Of a DNA stretch of 64,000 nt, positions 18,303-27,775 are shown in pieces; the first letter of the stretch is position 1; each line of letters starts with the position of its first letter. The DNA is from a virus, in the IMG/VR virus record IMGVR_UViG_3300031772_000001, positions 64,001 through 128,000 of that record. The stretch is one strand, 5' to 3'. The notes under the pieces were generated by a model, which saw only the letters and a list, made by a program, of their open reading frames with translations, made no database searches and was not told the origin of the DNA. A program made the translations under genes and the position numbers.

Positions 18303-18727
18303 TATGAATTTACTCCAACGTAGGGAAATGTATCAATAACCTCAATATAGTTCTTTTCCATCGAATGTGCCAAAAAAGCCGCAGTAACTTCCTTTTCAGC
18401 CGTACCCTGAATAACTCCGGGGGATACCCTATTGTATGCACAAAGTAAACATCCGTCTGTATCTACTGCCGTGTTACCCCCATGAGCACGTATACCATCA
18501 AATCCCGGAACATTCAGCAACAAAATCATCTGTCTTTGAAATCTATTTGAAAAGTTTACCACCACCTCATACCGTCCAGCCGGTATCGCTGTCTTACCGG
18601 GCACTTTCACAGCACCCTTTGGCCTGACCACATCTTCCAACATGTAACAAAATCTGGCATCGTTTACTACAAAAATCCCCTCTGTCCAAGAAGGATTATA
18701 CAGTTGACGCAAAAGATATGTCTGCAT
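18302..18727 (-). CDS. DUF5675-family (L,D-transpeptidase-like) protein
   Basis: TAIPAGRYEV, VPGFDGIRAHGGNTAVDTDGCLL. Confidence 0.75.
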   Translation of the reverse strand: MQTYLLRQLYNPSWTEGIFVVNDARFCYMLEDVVRPKGAVKVPGKTAIPAGRYEVVVNFSNRFQRQMILLLNVPGFDGIRAHGGNTAVDTDGCLLCAYNRVSPGVIQGTAEKEVTAAFLAHSMEKNYIEVIDTFPYVGVNS

Positions 18728-18738
18728 TTTCTCTCTCC

Positions 18739-19734
18739 TTAATTGTTAATAACTGGTTGCAACTTCATCAATGAAATACCTATCTCAATACGCTCCTCAT
18801 CGGTCAAATCACGCACCGCCCTCCTCTTAATCCTCGTCTTCTGAGACTGAGACAGCTTATCAAGATCAATCATTTTCCCCTTATCCGTCACTGCTACCCA
18901 CTTACTTTTTGGAACACCAACCCACCCCTCAAAATACCCGTCCAAGTCATCAAAACCACCCCTCGGGGCACACAATTTTTTGTCTTTGTCTCTGTTCTTC
19001 ATAGAAACTACATCAAAATACTCCCGCCTACCATCAACCCTATCTATCCCGGAAAGTATGGACCTACAGCCCTGAAGTATCTGGTGTATTCTAGTGATAG
19101 ACACATTAAATAACTCAGCAATTTCTGTATTAGACCAATCCTCCAAGTGAAGGTAATAAATCCAATAATGACAAAACCAAACCGTTACTTTCTCGGGTTG
19201 TCCTTTGATGTTTATATAAACTTCGTGATCCTCGTGAATTTTTCCGTGAAAAAGATGCTTACGCCTGTCCTTGGGAAGAACACTAATTGCTTCCTGTAAA
19301 ATTAACTCACCCAAAACATCAACATTATCATCATCTGGAATAACATCGTAAAGTGACAATTCCTCCCCTTCTTCACACCTGAAGGTATTGCGAGATACCT
19401 TCATCTTACGAGAATCCTCTCTAAGAATATCGACTGCCCTGTTTTTCATTCCCCGAAGAAGATAATAGAACTTTGTACAAATTCTCACTGACGGGTCAGA
19501 CACTACTCCATACTTTTCAAGGAATTTAGATTCCTTAAAATGAATGTAGCAATTAGATATAAACTCGTCAATTTCCATGATGTAACACAAAGACGGGTAT
19601 CTCTTAAAAAGTCCAAAAGCCAACGGGCGAAAGTAATCCAACGCCTCCTTAACCGTAAACGAAGTTACAGTTACCACAGGAGAATTATCGGTTGTAGACA
19701 CAGAATCAAGGACTATGGAAGTAGTGGGCAGCAT
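18739..19734 (-). CDS. phage RNA polymerase sigma-factor-like protein
   Basis: region-2-like MKNRAVDILRE, ELSLYDVIPDD, region-4 HTH WSNTEIAELFNVSITRIHQI. Confidence 0.7.
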   Translation of the reverse strand: MLPTTSIVLDSVSTTDNSPVVTVTSFTVKEALDYFRPLAFGLFKRYPSLCYIMEIDEFISNCYIHFKESKFLEKYGVVSDPSVRICTKFYYLLRGMKNRAVDILREDSRKMKVSRNTFRCEEGEELSLYDVIPDDDNVDVLGELILQEAISVLPKDRRKHLFHGKIHEDHEVYINIKGQPEKVTVWFCHYWIYYLHLEDWSNTEIAELFNVSITRIHQILQGCRSILSGIDRVDGRREYFDVVSMKNRDKDKKLCAPRGGFDDLDGYFEGWVGVPKSKWVAVTDKGKMIDLDKLSQSQKTRIKRRAVRDLTDEERIEIGISLMKLQPVINN

Positions 19735-19759
19735 CCAATCCTCCGATATTCTTTGAGAT

Positions 19760-20158
19760 TTATTCCATTGTTTTCTTTAGGTCATCCTCAGTCACTCCTA
19801 ACCCTACCGCAAGTTTCGATAGAGTCTCTGAATTAACCCCCCGAGTCACACCCCTGATAATTTTTGATATTGCCATCTGAGTTACACCACTTTGAAAAGC
19901 TAAGTCATGCTGAGAGTAACCCAACTTAGCCATCTTCTTCTTGACAAAAGCACCAAGAGAAGATGTAGCTGTAGGCTCAAATATCTTATCAAAAATTATC
20001 TTAGGAACTGACAGGCACACATTATCTTCCCCTACTTTTGCCGCAACCTGCACAGAGTCAGTCTCCTTGCAGTATAGGAGATAGTGCCATTCCTTCACGA
20101 TACAATGAAAGACCTGACTTGACTTGCTGGAATCAACTTTCAATCGCAATCGGCTCAT
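19760..20158 (-). CDS. XRE/Cro HTH transcriptional regulator
   Basis: YSQHDLAFQSGVTQMAISKIIRG...TLSKLAVGLGV. Confidence 0.85.
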   Translation of the reverse strand: MSRLRLKVDSSKSSQVFHCIVKEWHYLLYCKETDSVQVAAKVGEDNVCLSVPKIIFDKIFEPTATSSLGAFVKKKMAKLGYSQHDLAFQSGVTQMAISKIIRGVTRGVNSETLSKLAVGLGVTEDDLKKTME

Positions 20159-20519
20159 ATTCTTTTTCTCGCCTCAATGCCTCAAGGATATAGTGCTTCA
20201 TCACCGACCCATGACAAAACAAACCTCCCGCATCAACACAATCACAAACCAGAGTAACGTCCCCCTTTCGAGCTAATCCTACTAAAATAGAAAATGATGC
20301 TGCGAAATGCTCATCCGCAGACATCATATATGTAAGATACTCTCTGTAGTTAGTAAAGGCAAATCTTATCCTCTTGGTAAACACCCTTCCTACTACTCTA
20401 AAAAACCTAAAAGAAAACCACCGAGGAAACGGCTTGTACTTCTGCTCAAAAACCGACCCATCACCAATAAAAACTGAATTCCGAGAAACCCTTGCATTGC
20501 AGGAAATAACGTAAACCAT
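20133..20519 (-). CDS. DUF4326-like protein
   Basis: VTLVCDC...CHGSVM motif. Confidence 0.55.
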   Translation of the reverse strand: MVYVISCNARVSRNSVFIGDGSVFEQKYKPFPRWFSFRFFRVVGRVFTKRIRFAFTNYREYLTYMMSADEHFAASFSILVGLARKGDVTLVCDCVDAGGLFCHGSVMKHYILEALRREKEYEPIAIES

Positions 20520-20527
20520 AACTCAAA

Positions 20528-21154
20528 CTACTTCCCGCGCCGAAACGTCACCAAACTGCCCTTTACAACTAACCCCTTTACAGTAGGCACAACACGACCA
20601 CTCAAAGAATACTTCACAACACCAGAAGTATGTGTTATATTTCTACATTGTAAAGTATTTCTAACAGTAGCAGATGTTCCCCACTCCCGTACTCTAAAAG
20701 TCTTAGAGATTATGACCGTACCCCTACGAAAATCATAGAACTTAATTGCATATCCAGTATCCGGTAACATATTCACATTTATAGTAAAAACTATCCAAAC
20801 TGTATCTCCCTTGCTAAAATCACTACTCAAATGCATCCTATCCAATTCAGCACCTCCTTTATTGACCCTTATCTGACTTATAGAATCCCCATCATGTAAC
20901 AACACAAATCTCCAATTCACCGATTGACCAACTGAAGGATCTGACTGATAATTCCAATGAGCTTGATGAGTCAAAAAAGCACACCCTCCCGTAGGATACA
21001 TCCTGTTATAACCACACCCAAGACCACAGGTATTTTCAGCCCCACCATACGAAAGAAAAAAGAAATCCCCTTCAAAATCTATCTGACTCTGACCAAAAGA
21101 CAACCCACAAAACAACGCAACAATTCCAAGAACCTTACCAAGAACCTTACACAT
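20528..21154 (-). CDS. secreted beta-rich protein
   Basis: N-terminal signal peptide (...ALFCGLSFG/Q); C-terminal YSLSGRVV. Confidence 0.6.
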   Translation of the reverse strand: MCKVLGKVLGIVALFCGLSFGQSQIDFEGDFFFLSYGGAENTCGLGCGYNRMYPTGGCAFLTHQAHWNYQSDPSVGQSVNWRFVLLHDGDSISQIRVNKGGAELDRMHLSSDFSKGDTVWIVFTINVNMLPDTGYAIKFYDFRRGTVIISKTFRVREWGTSATVRNTLQCRNITHTSGVVKYSLSGRVVPTVKGLVVKGSLVTFRRGK

Positions 21155-21184
21155 AACACACCTCCTGTTTATTAAAAATATTAC

Positions 21185-22498
21185 TTAGAACACCATATCT
21201 TTCAACATAGCCTCATAAACCTCACACTGATCCGAGTTCTTATCATCCCTCCACCGAATCAATCTACAATGACGTATCCTCATAGCCTTTGACGAAATAT
21301 TCTGCCCATCAATTTCTGCAACCTTACCCATAAATACCGGGTCAAGATGAGGAAGACCTTGCTCGTCTACAACTGTTATTGATTTTCGGAAATCCAAAGC
21401 AAGTCCAGAGATATTACCTATCTCATGTTGCACACGCTCACCATTAGGCTTTACAAGCCATACAGAGAACTTCAAAGTTCCCACCAAGCTCTCGTATGCC
21501 TTACCCTTATCCCCCGGCTCCCAACCGCTCACAAAGGCATCCATAGTGTCATTAAGCGCAGTATCCGTCAACGACCCTGAAACAGTACGCTTAATCTTAA
21601 TCCACTTACAGCGAGCACGACTCTCTTGTGCCAAGTACAGAGCTTTAACGTGCTTCGCAATCACTCCCTCACCCTTGGCCGCAATAATCTTTTCGTAAAA
21701 ATCCTTCTTGCCTACCTTATCGTAAACCGTCTCAAGAAACTCTACGTTAAGCCCCGCAGCCTTTTCCACAGTACAAACAATCCTTGTGACTTTCTCTCGC
21801 TCGATCTGTGTAAGCTGCCGGTTTCCACCCTCAATCAACCATGACCCATTAAAATTCATAACGTCAAAAGCAAAAAACTTCAGTGGACAACCTTCGTTTT
21901 TCTGAATTGAGATAGAGTCAGCATCGTTAAGACCAAGCAACGCAGTTACAGCACTCAACTGAGTCTCCGTATCCGAGACACCCCTTGACCTCATAACAGT
22001 GCTGATATTTGGATTCGTACAAACTAACTCTGAGTCTGCCATGTACTCATCAAACTGACAAGACAACTCTTCGAGATTAAGATTCGGTTGATAGATGTTT
22101 TTGTATTCTATCGGCAGATAATCACGAACTGAAATACCTCTTGAATAAAAATAAAGACCTTCCCCACGCACAAACACGCGCAATAAACGAACTCCGTCCA
22201 TCTTCTCCTGAAATCCCCACTCATCAGAGTCCCATATCGCAGCCTGCACATCAGGAGCAGCCGCGTTAAAACGATTAGCCAACATTGGACTTTCCAGCCT
22301 CATTACCATCTGTAAATGCTTTGGAATACGCCCGTCAGGATACCTCAATTTGAGATGATAATTACGAAGTGCTAGAATATAGTCATCCTTTGAGCACTTC
22401 TTTCCACCTGTCTTACTATTCCGTGTAGGCTCAACAAAAAGCCCGTACTGACGGCACTCTCTGTCTAAATCAGCAATTGTTCTTATTCCAATACCCAT
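21185..22498 (-). CDS. ATP-dependent DNA ligase
   Basis: EKMDGVR, DSEL, FAFDV, EGVIAK, WIKIK, RWRDDK. Confidence 0.92.
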   Translation of the reverse strand: MGIGIRTIADLDRECRQYGLFVEPTRNSKTGGKKCSKDDYILALRNYHLKLRYPDGRIPKHLQMVMRLESPMLANRFNAAAPDVQAAIWDSDEWGFQEKMDGVRLLRVFVRGEGLYFYSRGISVRDYLPIEYKNIYQPNLNLEELSCQFDEYMADSELVCTNPNISTVMRSRGVSDTETQLSAVTALLGLNDADSISIQKNEGCPLKFFAFDVMNFNGSWLIEGGNRQLTQIEREKVTRIVCTVEKAAGLNVEFLETVYDKVGKKDFYEKIIAAKGEGVIAKHVKALYLAQESRARCKWIKIKRTVSGSLTDTALNDTMDAFVSGWEPGDKGKAYESLVGTLKFSVWLVKPNGERVQHEIGNISGLALDFRKSITVVDEQGLPHLDPVFMGKVAEIDGQNISSKAMRIRHCRLIRWRDDKNSDQCEVYEAMLKDMVF

Positions 22499-22507
22499 GA
22501 GATCCCC

Positions 22508-22903
22508 TTAGACATCACTAATCTTCGACACCCGCTGACACCAATTCAACGCCCACTGATTCCGAACATCCTCATAACAAGAGTTCCCGGCCCTATCACC
22601 GAGCTTTGCAATAAGTTTTTTCAAAAAGAACACCATCTCATGTTGATTAGACCTATGCTGCTCTACAAAAATCTCTGCTACTGCCTCTGAATCCAGCCCC
22701 TCAAAATCAAAAGGGGTCTTACTGACCAATGCAGCAAAACCCTCTATAACCTTCCGGTAACGCTCCACTTTTCTCCTCAGAGCCTCACGATTCGCACAAC
22801 CCACACAGACAGACTCCCCGTGTGTGAGCGGCCCTACGGTGTCCAGATACAACCGCGTACCATCTTGTACAATACTCTTATGGCAGATGAAACAAGACGG
22901 CAT
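22508..22903 (-). CDS. hypothetical protein, N-terminal Zn finger
   Basis: CFIC...CVGC. Confidence 0.55.
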   Translation of the reverse strand: MPSCFICHKSIVQDGTRLYLDTVGPLTHGESVCVGCANREALRRKVERYRKVIEGFAALVSKTPFDFEGLDSEAVAEIFVEQHRSNQHEMVFFLKKLIAKLGDRAGNSCYEDVRNQWALNWCQRVSKISDV

Positions 22904-22908
22904 ATCAA

Positions 22909-23220
22909 TCAGCCCTTCACAATATCTTCCCGAACAACAGTCACACCATGCTTTTCAAGGTACTTAATCACCGTGTTGTGCAAAATCAAATCGTCTACCA
23001 ACTTGCGCTTAACCCTGAGCTTCTTAACCTCTCCCTTTTCGACCTGAGATAAAACCTCAAGCAGATCGAACCTGCCCCGAATAGCAAGCTCAATCCATAA
23101 TCTCTGCTCAACATCCTTGCTAAACCCGTTCAATATACTCACTTGTGACTCCTCCCTCTTGAATATAATCTTTGAAAACTGTAAAGTCAAGAAGTTTTTG
23201 AAAAAAGATTGAGTAACCAA
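22909..23220 (-). CDS. hypothetical protein
   Basis: 103-aa ORF. Confidence 0.5.
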   Translation of the reverse strand: MVTQSFFKNFLTLQFSKIIFKREESQVSILNGFSKDVEQRLWIELAIRGRFDLLEVLSQVEKGEVKKLRVKRKLVDDLILHNTVIKYLEKHGVTVVREDIVKG

Positions 23221-23240
23221 GCCAAGAACCGGGCTAACAA

Positions 23241-23435
23241 CTATCTTTGTAAAACTACCTTACGGCCATCTACCAACGTATGAATAATAGCAACATCATC
23301 CACGGTATACCGATATGAAGGATGAAACTTAGAAGCCTCCACAAGAACAGTCAACGCTTCTCGTGTAATGGACACAAAAGGCTTGTCCAACTCCAGAGAA
23401 ATCTTAGCAAGCTCTACGGCTTTCTTGACATCCAT
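23241..23435 (-). CDS. hypothetical protein
   Basis: 64-aa ORF. Confidence 0.5.
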   Translation of the reverse strand: MDVKKAVELAKISLELDKPFVSITREALTVLVEASKFHPSYRYTVDDVAIIHTLVDGRKVVLQR

Positions 23436-23440
23436 AACAA

Positions 23441-23668
23441 CTACTCCTGTTTTTTCTCAACAAGATTCTCAATTGGCTTCCCGCACTTCTGGCAAACACC
23501 AGCAACTTCCGCGCAACCACGACACGCAACCGACACTTGAGGATAAAAATCATACTCCCCATGAAGACGGCATACCTGCTTTCCCTGGTAGACAAACAGG
23601 GAAGGACACGGGGAATACATCTCCAAACACCTTGCGCAAAGCTGAAAAACTCGTTCTGGGTTATTCAT
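23441..23668 (-). CDS. Cys-rich small protein
   Basis: multiple CxxC motifs, GAGGAG RBS. Confidence 0.55.
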   Translation of the reverse strand: MNNPERVFQLCARCLEMYSPCPSLFVYQGKQVCRLHGEYDFYPQVSVACRGCAEVAGVCQKCGKPIENLVEKKQE

Positions 23669-23677
23669 AAAAGCTCC

Positions 23678-23980
23678 TCACGAATCATCCACACTTAGCA
23701 TAGCCTCATTGTGCCGAAGCCGCATATTAACATCATGCAAGGACATCCCCAAATCCTCCTCTTCGAGGATCTGCTCTTGATCCTGCTCATTTCTCAAAAA
23801 ATCCTGCACACCCTGCACCTGATCCGAATTCCAAATAGGGCAAACCCGAAAGTTACATTTGTCATAACCCTTCTTACACGTCACGAAGAACTTCCCCGAC
23901 ACTCCCATATACGAAAAATGCCGGTCATCACAATGGTTCTGAAAAACGTGAAAGGGAACTACCTTTTCTGAAACACTCAT
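23678..23980 (-). CDS. hypothetical protein (start re-called at MSVSEKV)
   Basis: track extension would cross a terminator and the DUF932 gene. Confidence 0.55.
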   Translation of the reverse strand: MSVSEKVVPFHVFQNHCDDRHFSYMGVSGKFFVTCKKGYDKCNFRVCPIWNSDQVQGVQDFLRNEQDQEQILEEEDLGMSLHDVNMRLRHNEAMLSVDDS

Positions 23981-24065
23981 GGTATATCTGCTACTTTCTA
24001 TGTGAGCACAAGTGAGGGGTTTACAACCCCGCGTCACACACACACAAATCAAAGAACAAAACTTG

Positions 24066-24097
24066 AAAAGAAGGAGGAGGCTTTTCAGCCCCCTCCC
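24066..24097 (-). terminator. intrinsic terminator after DUF932 gene
   Basis: GGAGGGGGC-TGAAAA-GCCTCCTCC then TTCTTTT. Confidence 0.7.
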
Positions 24098-24104
24098 CAC
24101 CAAC

Positions 24105-25079
24105 CTACGGAATCTGCACGGTATCAAGCTGGACCGCCAGCCCAAAAGCCTTCTCCTTGATCGCCGCACCCGAACCGAACCAGATATTCTCCAGCCGGGC
24201 CGAACCCTTGATACTCCGGTAGTAATCCACGTACTCAACTACCGAGTTGTAAAGACCCCACGCAGTTCCCTTAAATTCAGGAAGATCGGCACCCTTTGCC
24301 TTACCCTCAAAAAGTTCCTTGATCGTATCTCGAACATTGATCGACCGAGTTGAATTCCCACCCACACCCATTGAAGGGATCACGTACTCAAGAAAGTAGG
24401 CCAACATCCCGGTATCAACCTGAATCCGCGCCATCTTCGAGAAAGCATCTTCGGCCTGAGCACTCTGCTGCTTGGCAAGTCCCAACACCCGAAGCCCTTC
24501 CTGCAACCCGGCATCCATCGACTTCGTGTGACGAACCTTTATGATCCGCGAAGCACGACCCAACGCCATTGACAGAGTGTTCTGACACACAACCCGAACC
24601 GAAGTCAAAGCGGCAGTGATGGAAGAAGTACCATCGTGCGAGTTTGACAGAAGAAGATACTGGTCAATAATGTCGTTTGCGCCAACCTTAATCTGATCCG
24701 GCAGTTTCGCCAGCACCCAAATCCGCTCACCGCGACCAAGAGCACCTGCCGTATCATAAGCAGCCGCCCCTTTGTCAATCACGGTATCGAAGAACTTGAA
24801 AGCCTCACGGTTTTGCAGTGGGAGGTACTGTTTGCCTACCGCACCAATCACCCCCGGCAACCCGTCTACATCTGACCGCTTGACGAAGAAATTTTCCTGA
24901 GACTCCGCAAAAGAACCATCGGGAGTTTTCAGGAAACACGGCATCTTAACGGCATCCCAATTCAGCCCCGCCGCGACGATTGCTTCCGAAGCGGTCAGAA
25001 GCCCTTGCACGATTGTCCCTTCCTTGTGCCACGGCACAATTCCCTGGCCCGAAAACATTGAGTTCACATTCGCTGACAT
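24105..25079 (-). CDS. DUF932 (TIGR03299-type phage/plasmid) protein
   Basis: PWHKEG, AGLNW, LQNREAF, TAGAL..G..IW, NSHDG, RVVCQNTL, GTAWGLYNSVVEY; GGAGG RBS. Confidence 0.88.
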   Translation of the reverse strand: MSANVNSMFSGQGIVPWHKEGTIVQGLLTASEAIVAAGLNWDAVKMPCFLKTPDGSFAESQENFFVKRSDVDGLPGVIGAVGKQYLPLQNREAFKFFDTVIDKGAAAYDTAGALGRGERIWVLAKLPDQIKVGANDIIDQYLLLSNSHDGTSSITAALTSVRVVCQNTLSMALGRASRIIKVRHTKSMDAGLQEGLRVLGLAKQQSAQAEDAFSKMARIQVDTGMLAYFLEYVIPSMGVGGNSTRSINVRDTIKELFEGKAKGADLPEFKGTAWGLYNSVVEYVDYYRSIKGSARLENIWFGSGAAIKEKAFGLAVQLDTVQIP

Positions 25080-25174
25080 AACCGTCCTCCTCTTAGATGA
25101 TTGTTTATTTGCCCTTACATCCCACATCTTTCTCTTCTTCTCTCTTCCCTCACTCTCATCTTCCCTACACTCTT

Positions 25175-25203
25175 AATATAACACAAGTCGAAACAAAAGT
25201 CAA
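25175..25203 (-). promoter_or_regulatory. sigma70-type early promoter TTGACT-N17-TATATT
   Basis: exact 17-bp spacer; upstream flank shared with copies at 27.6 and 34.5 kb. Confidence 0.8.
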
Positions 25204-25272
25204 TAGAAATCTTCAAAAACTTTTAAGGTCTGTAACCCATTGAAAAATAACAAGTTACATCAGGTAGCTTTT

Positions 25273-25605
25273 TCAAAAATCCGTCTTCACCCAACACAGC
25301 TTCTTTGGGGGCCACTGCTTCGGCAGTATCTCGGTGTCTGCCCAATCATAGACCCGACTGAAAATTTCATCAAAAATATCAACGTCATCCTTATCCTCTG
25401 ACCCGGCAAGATCGCGCAAATCAAAAACAATATCATCAAGCTCAGAAAGTATACCTGAATCCTCTTTGAACTTGATAGCCAACGATGGGCGAAGAGCTTC
25501 CATCTTATCAGCAATCTCATTTGACAAGACAGACAACGCAACTTCCTCGTTCTTAGACTTCTTCCAAGTCTTCTCAATGTCAAGAGTATACTGCCAGTTC
25601 GCCAT
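25273..25605 (-). CDS. hypothetical protein
   Basis: GGAGG RBS; 110 aa. Confidence 0.65.
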   Translation of the reverse strand: MANWQYTLDIEKTWKKSKNEEVALSVLSNEIADKMEALRPSLAIKFKEDSGILSELDDIVFDLRDLAGSEDKDDVDIFDEIFSRVYDWADTEILPKQWPPKKLCWVKTDF

Positions 25606-25615
25606 AAAACCTCCC

Positions 25616-26029
25616 TTATATCATCCGATTGTACCCACAAACCTTGATGCCATTCTTCCTATCCTCCCACACAGTCTCAAACCCCGCCTGAGAGTATGGA
25701 CCGTCAGGATAAACAAAAGTTGAAATAAAAGATATGTCTATCTTCTCAGGAAGGTACTTTTGGTATGCCTCCATCGTATCAATCAGAGACAACACAGCAC
25801 GACCGGGATTACCTTGTGCAAAAAGCTCTAAAGCAAGTAGCGCAGATTTTTCAAACAAAGGTAGCTGAAAAGCCTCAATACGCTTCTCCAGCACACTAAG
25901 GATGAAAGAGTTTTCTCTCATCTCAGGATAAACCAAAGCAAATGCCTGTGGATCTTTCTTATTGATCAGCAAAATAGCAAGAAAAGTTTGCGCCTCATCA
26001 TCGGTCATTGGTCTATGTGCAAAGCTCAT
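25616..26029 (-). CDS. hypothetical protein
   Basis: GGAGG RBS; 137 aa. Confidence 0.65.
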   Translation of the reverse strand: MSFAHRPMTDDEAQTFLAILLINKKDPQAFALVYPEMRENSFILSVLEKRIEAFQLPLFEKSALLALELFAQGNPGRAVLSLIDTMEAYQKYLPEKIDISFISTFVYPDGPYSQAGFETVWEDRKNGIKVCGYNRMI

Positions 26030-26261
26030 AGACTACCTCCACAAGAACAACACCGGATTTTTTCTTTTTCCACTGAAGTAAACCCGACAGGGATTTAGGG
26101 ACACGACAAGAGCACTTTGGCCGAAGAACAATCACCGTATCAGGATCGTAAATGTTAAGCCCAATCATCCCAAGAGCAGGCTCAACAACACCACGATCCG
26201 GCCATACCAAAAGATCACCCTCTTGCACATGACCCTTCAAAATATGCTCATACCTCTTCAT
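26013..26261 (-). CDS. hypothetical protein
   Basis: 82-aa ORF in operon. Confidence 0.5.
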   Translation of the reverse strand: MKRYEHILKGHVQEGDLLVWPDRGVVEPALGMIGLNIYDPDTVIVLRPKCSCRVPKSLSGLLQWKKKKSGVVLVEVVYELCT

Positions 26262-26273
26262 AAATCGCTTCCC

Positions 26274-26540
26274 CTATCCATAAATATACTCTATTGCAGA
26301 ATGTACCATGTAAACACAAGGCACGCCATCGTAAAAACTCTTGTGATAAGATACATGATAGTCATTCTTCAAAACAAGCCACTCCCGGCCATACCCAAAC
26401 TTCCGGTTAATCTCCCCGGTATCTACATACTTCCGAAAAGTTTCGTAGGTAATAGACCGTGCCCGATCCACCATCCTGTGAATCTTCTCAGCAGTTGAAT
26501 CAACACAGCAGATAATGTAGTGGTATTGTTTCATGCCCAC
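26274..26540 (-). CDS. hypothetical protein
   Basis: 88-aa ORF in operon. Confidence 0.6.
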   Translation of the reverse strand: MGMKQYHYIICCVDSTAEKIHRMVDRARSITYETFRKYVDTGEINRKFGYGREWLVLKNDYHVSYHKSFYDGVPCVYMVHSAIEYIYG

Positions 26541-27001
26541 TCAGACCACACCCCATCCTTGATCACCCCGCGAGGGTAATCTTTTGGGTCAAGGCTAAGG
26601 TGGGTTTTTATGGAGTCCAGAAGAACCTCATAGTTATTCTCAATCCGTGAACCAAACCGACGAACCCACTCACCCAACTCTCCCCCAACAAACTCCTCAG
26701 AAAAAACCTCCAGACAGACTCGCAAAAATTCCTCAGCAGGAACCTCAACCCTTCCCGAACTCCGAACAATAACACCATTGAAAAGGGCAACCCCGTCTTC
26801 CTCTTCCAAATCTAAAAACATGGAAGACCTACGGGATCGAACCTCATGCACTGCCTCATCATTAGAAAGAATAAACCGCTCCTTCCCAACAATCAAAGCC
26901 CGCATATCAGGAGTTTTAGGGCGAGGAGTAACGTGATCCCCACCAGCATTCAGCAACTCCCGAATCACAGCAGACACATCAATGATCTTGACGAGACTCA
27001 T
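26531..27001 (-). CDS. hypothetical protein
   Basis: GGAGG RBS; 156 aa. Confidence 0.6.
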   Translation of the reverse strand: MSLVKIIDVSAVIRELLNAGGDHVTPRPKTPDMRALIVGKERFILSNDEAVHEVRSRRSSMFLDLEEEDGVALFNGVIVRSSGRVEVPAEEFLRVCLEVFSEEFVGGELGEWVRRFGSRIENNYEVLLDSIKTHLSLDPKDYPRGVIKDGVWSEWA

Positions 27002-27011
27002 TATCTACCTC

Positions 27012-27239
27012 CTATAAAGAAACATCCTGCCCTATTACGGGAAAATGCGTTTCAAGAACGCCGGGACGTGAAGAATCTATCCCACCTGACTGTTGCCCGT
27101 GACTCCCCTTATATGCGGCGCGTTTTTCGCAACAATTACTGGCAATGTCCTTAAAAAAATGAGGGCATACTTCACCAGACAAACAACACATTTCGCTGTC
27201 ACTCTCGTTAGTAAAAACATGTTCACAATATTTGTTCAT
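27012..27239 (-). CDS. Cys-rich hypothetical protein
   Basis: AGGAG RBS; 75 aa. Confidence 0.5.
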   Translation of the reverse strand: MNKYCEHVFTNESDSEMCCLSGEVCPHFFKDIASNCCEKRAAYKGSHGQQSGGIDSSRPGVLETHFPVIGQDVSL

Positions 27240-27282
27240 TCACAACTCCTTAATAAATGGTGAGCATTTCTTACAACCACAC

Positions 27283-27555
27283 TTAAAGAGAATAAGCACG
27301 AGAAACACCACCACCAGAAACCAACCGATTGACAACATCTTTGTAACCTTGCCCACCATCCCGAAGAACTTGTTTGAACTTTTTAGGATAGTAGAATCCG
27401 TTACCACCAGACTGAAACGCCAGATTCTCAACTGGCACCTTACCATCCTTCCAACAAGATTCTGGGAGTATATACCCAAGCCCAACACCACCCAACTCAC
27501 ATACCGTTGTCACCTTTTCACCAATCGCCTGTACTGTACTTGCTCTGAGATTCAT
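27283..27555 (-). CDS. hypothetical early protein
   Basis: first gene after promoter cassette, GGGAGG RBS. Confidence 0.6.
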   Translation of the reverse strand: MNLRASTVQAIGEKVTTVCELGGVGLGYILPESCWKDGKVPVENLAFQSGGNGFYYPKKFKQVLRDGGQGYKDVVNRLVSGGGVSRAYSL

Positions 27556-27559
27556 TCTC

Positions 27560-27679
27560 TACCTCCCTTATTTTTTCTTCTCTTTCCCGTCTCTCCCCTG
27601 TCTCTCCCCTGTCTCTCTTACACCTTTAATATACACCTTATTTGGATGATTGTCAATAGAAATCTTCAAAAACTTTTGA
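27560..27679 (-). repeat. 120-bp promoter/UTR/RBS cassette, copy 1 (TTGACA-N17-TATATT at 27656-27628)
   Basis: about 4 mismatches to 34456-34575. Confidence 0.92.
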
Positions 27680-27775
27680 CCTCTGTAAGTGATTGAAAAT
27701 AAACGACATAAAAAAGGCCAGAGTAATCCAACTCCAGCCAACTTTCAAATCACCTTGTTTTCAACTTGACATTTT

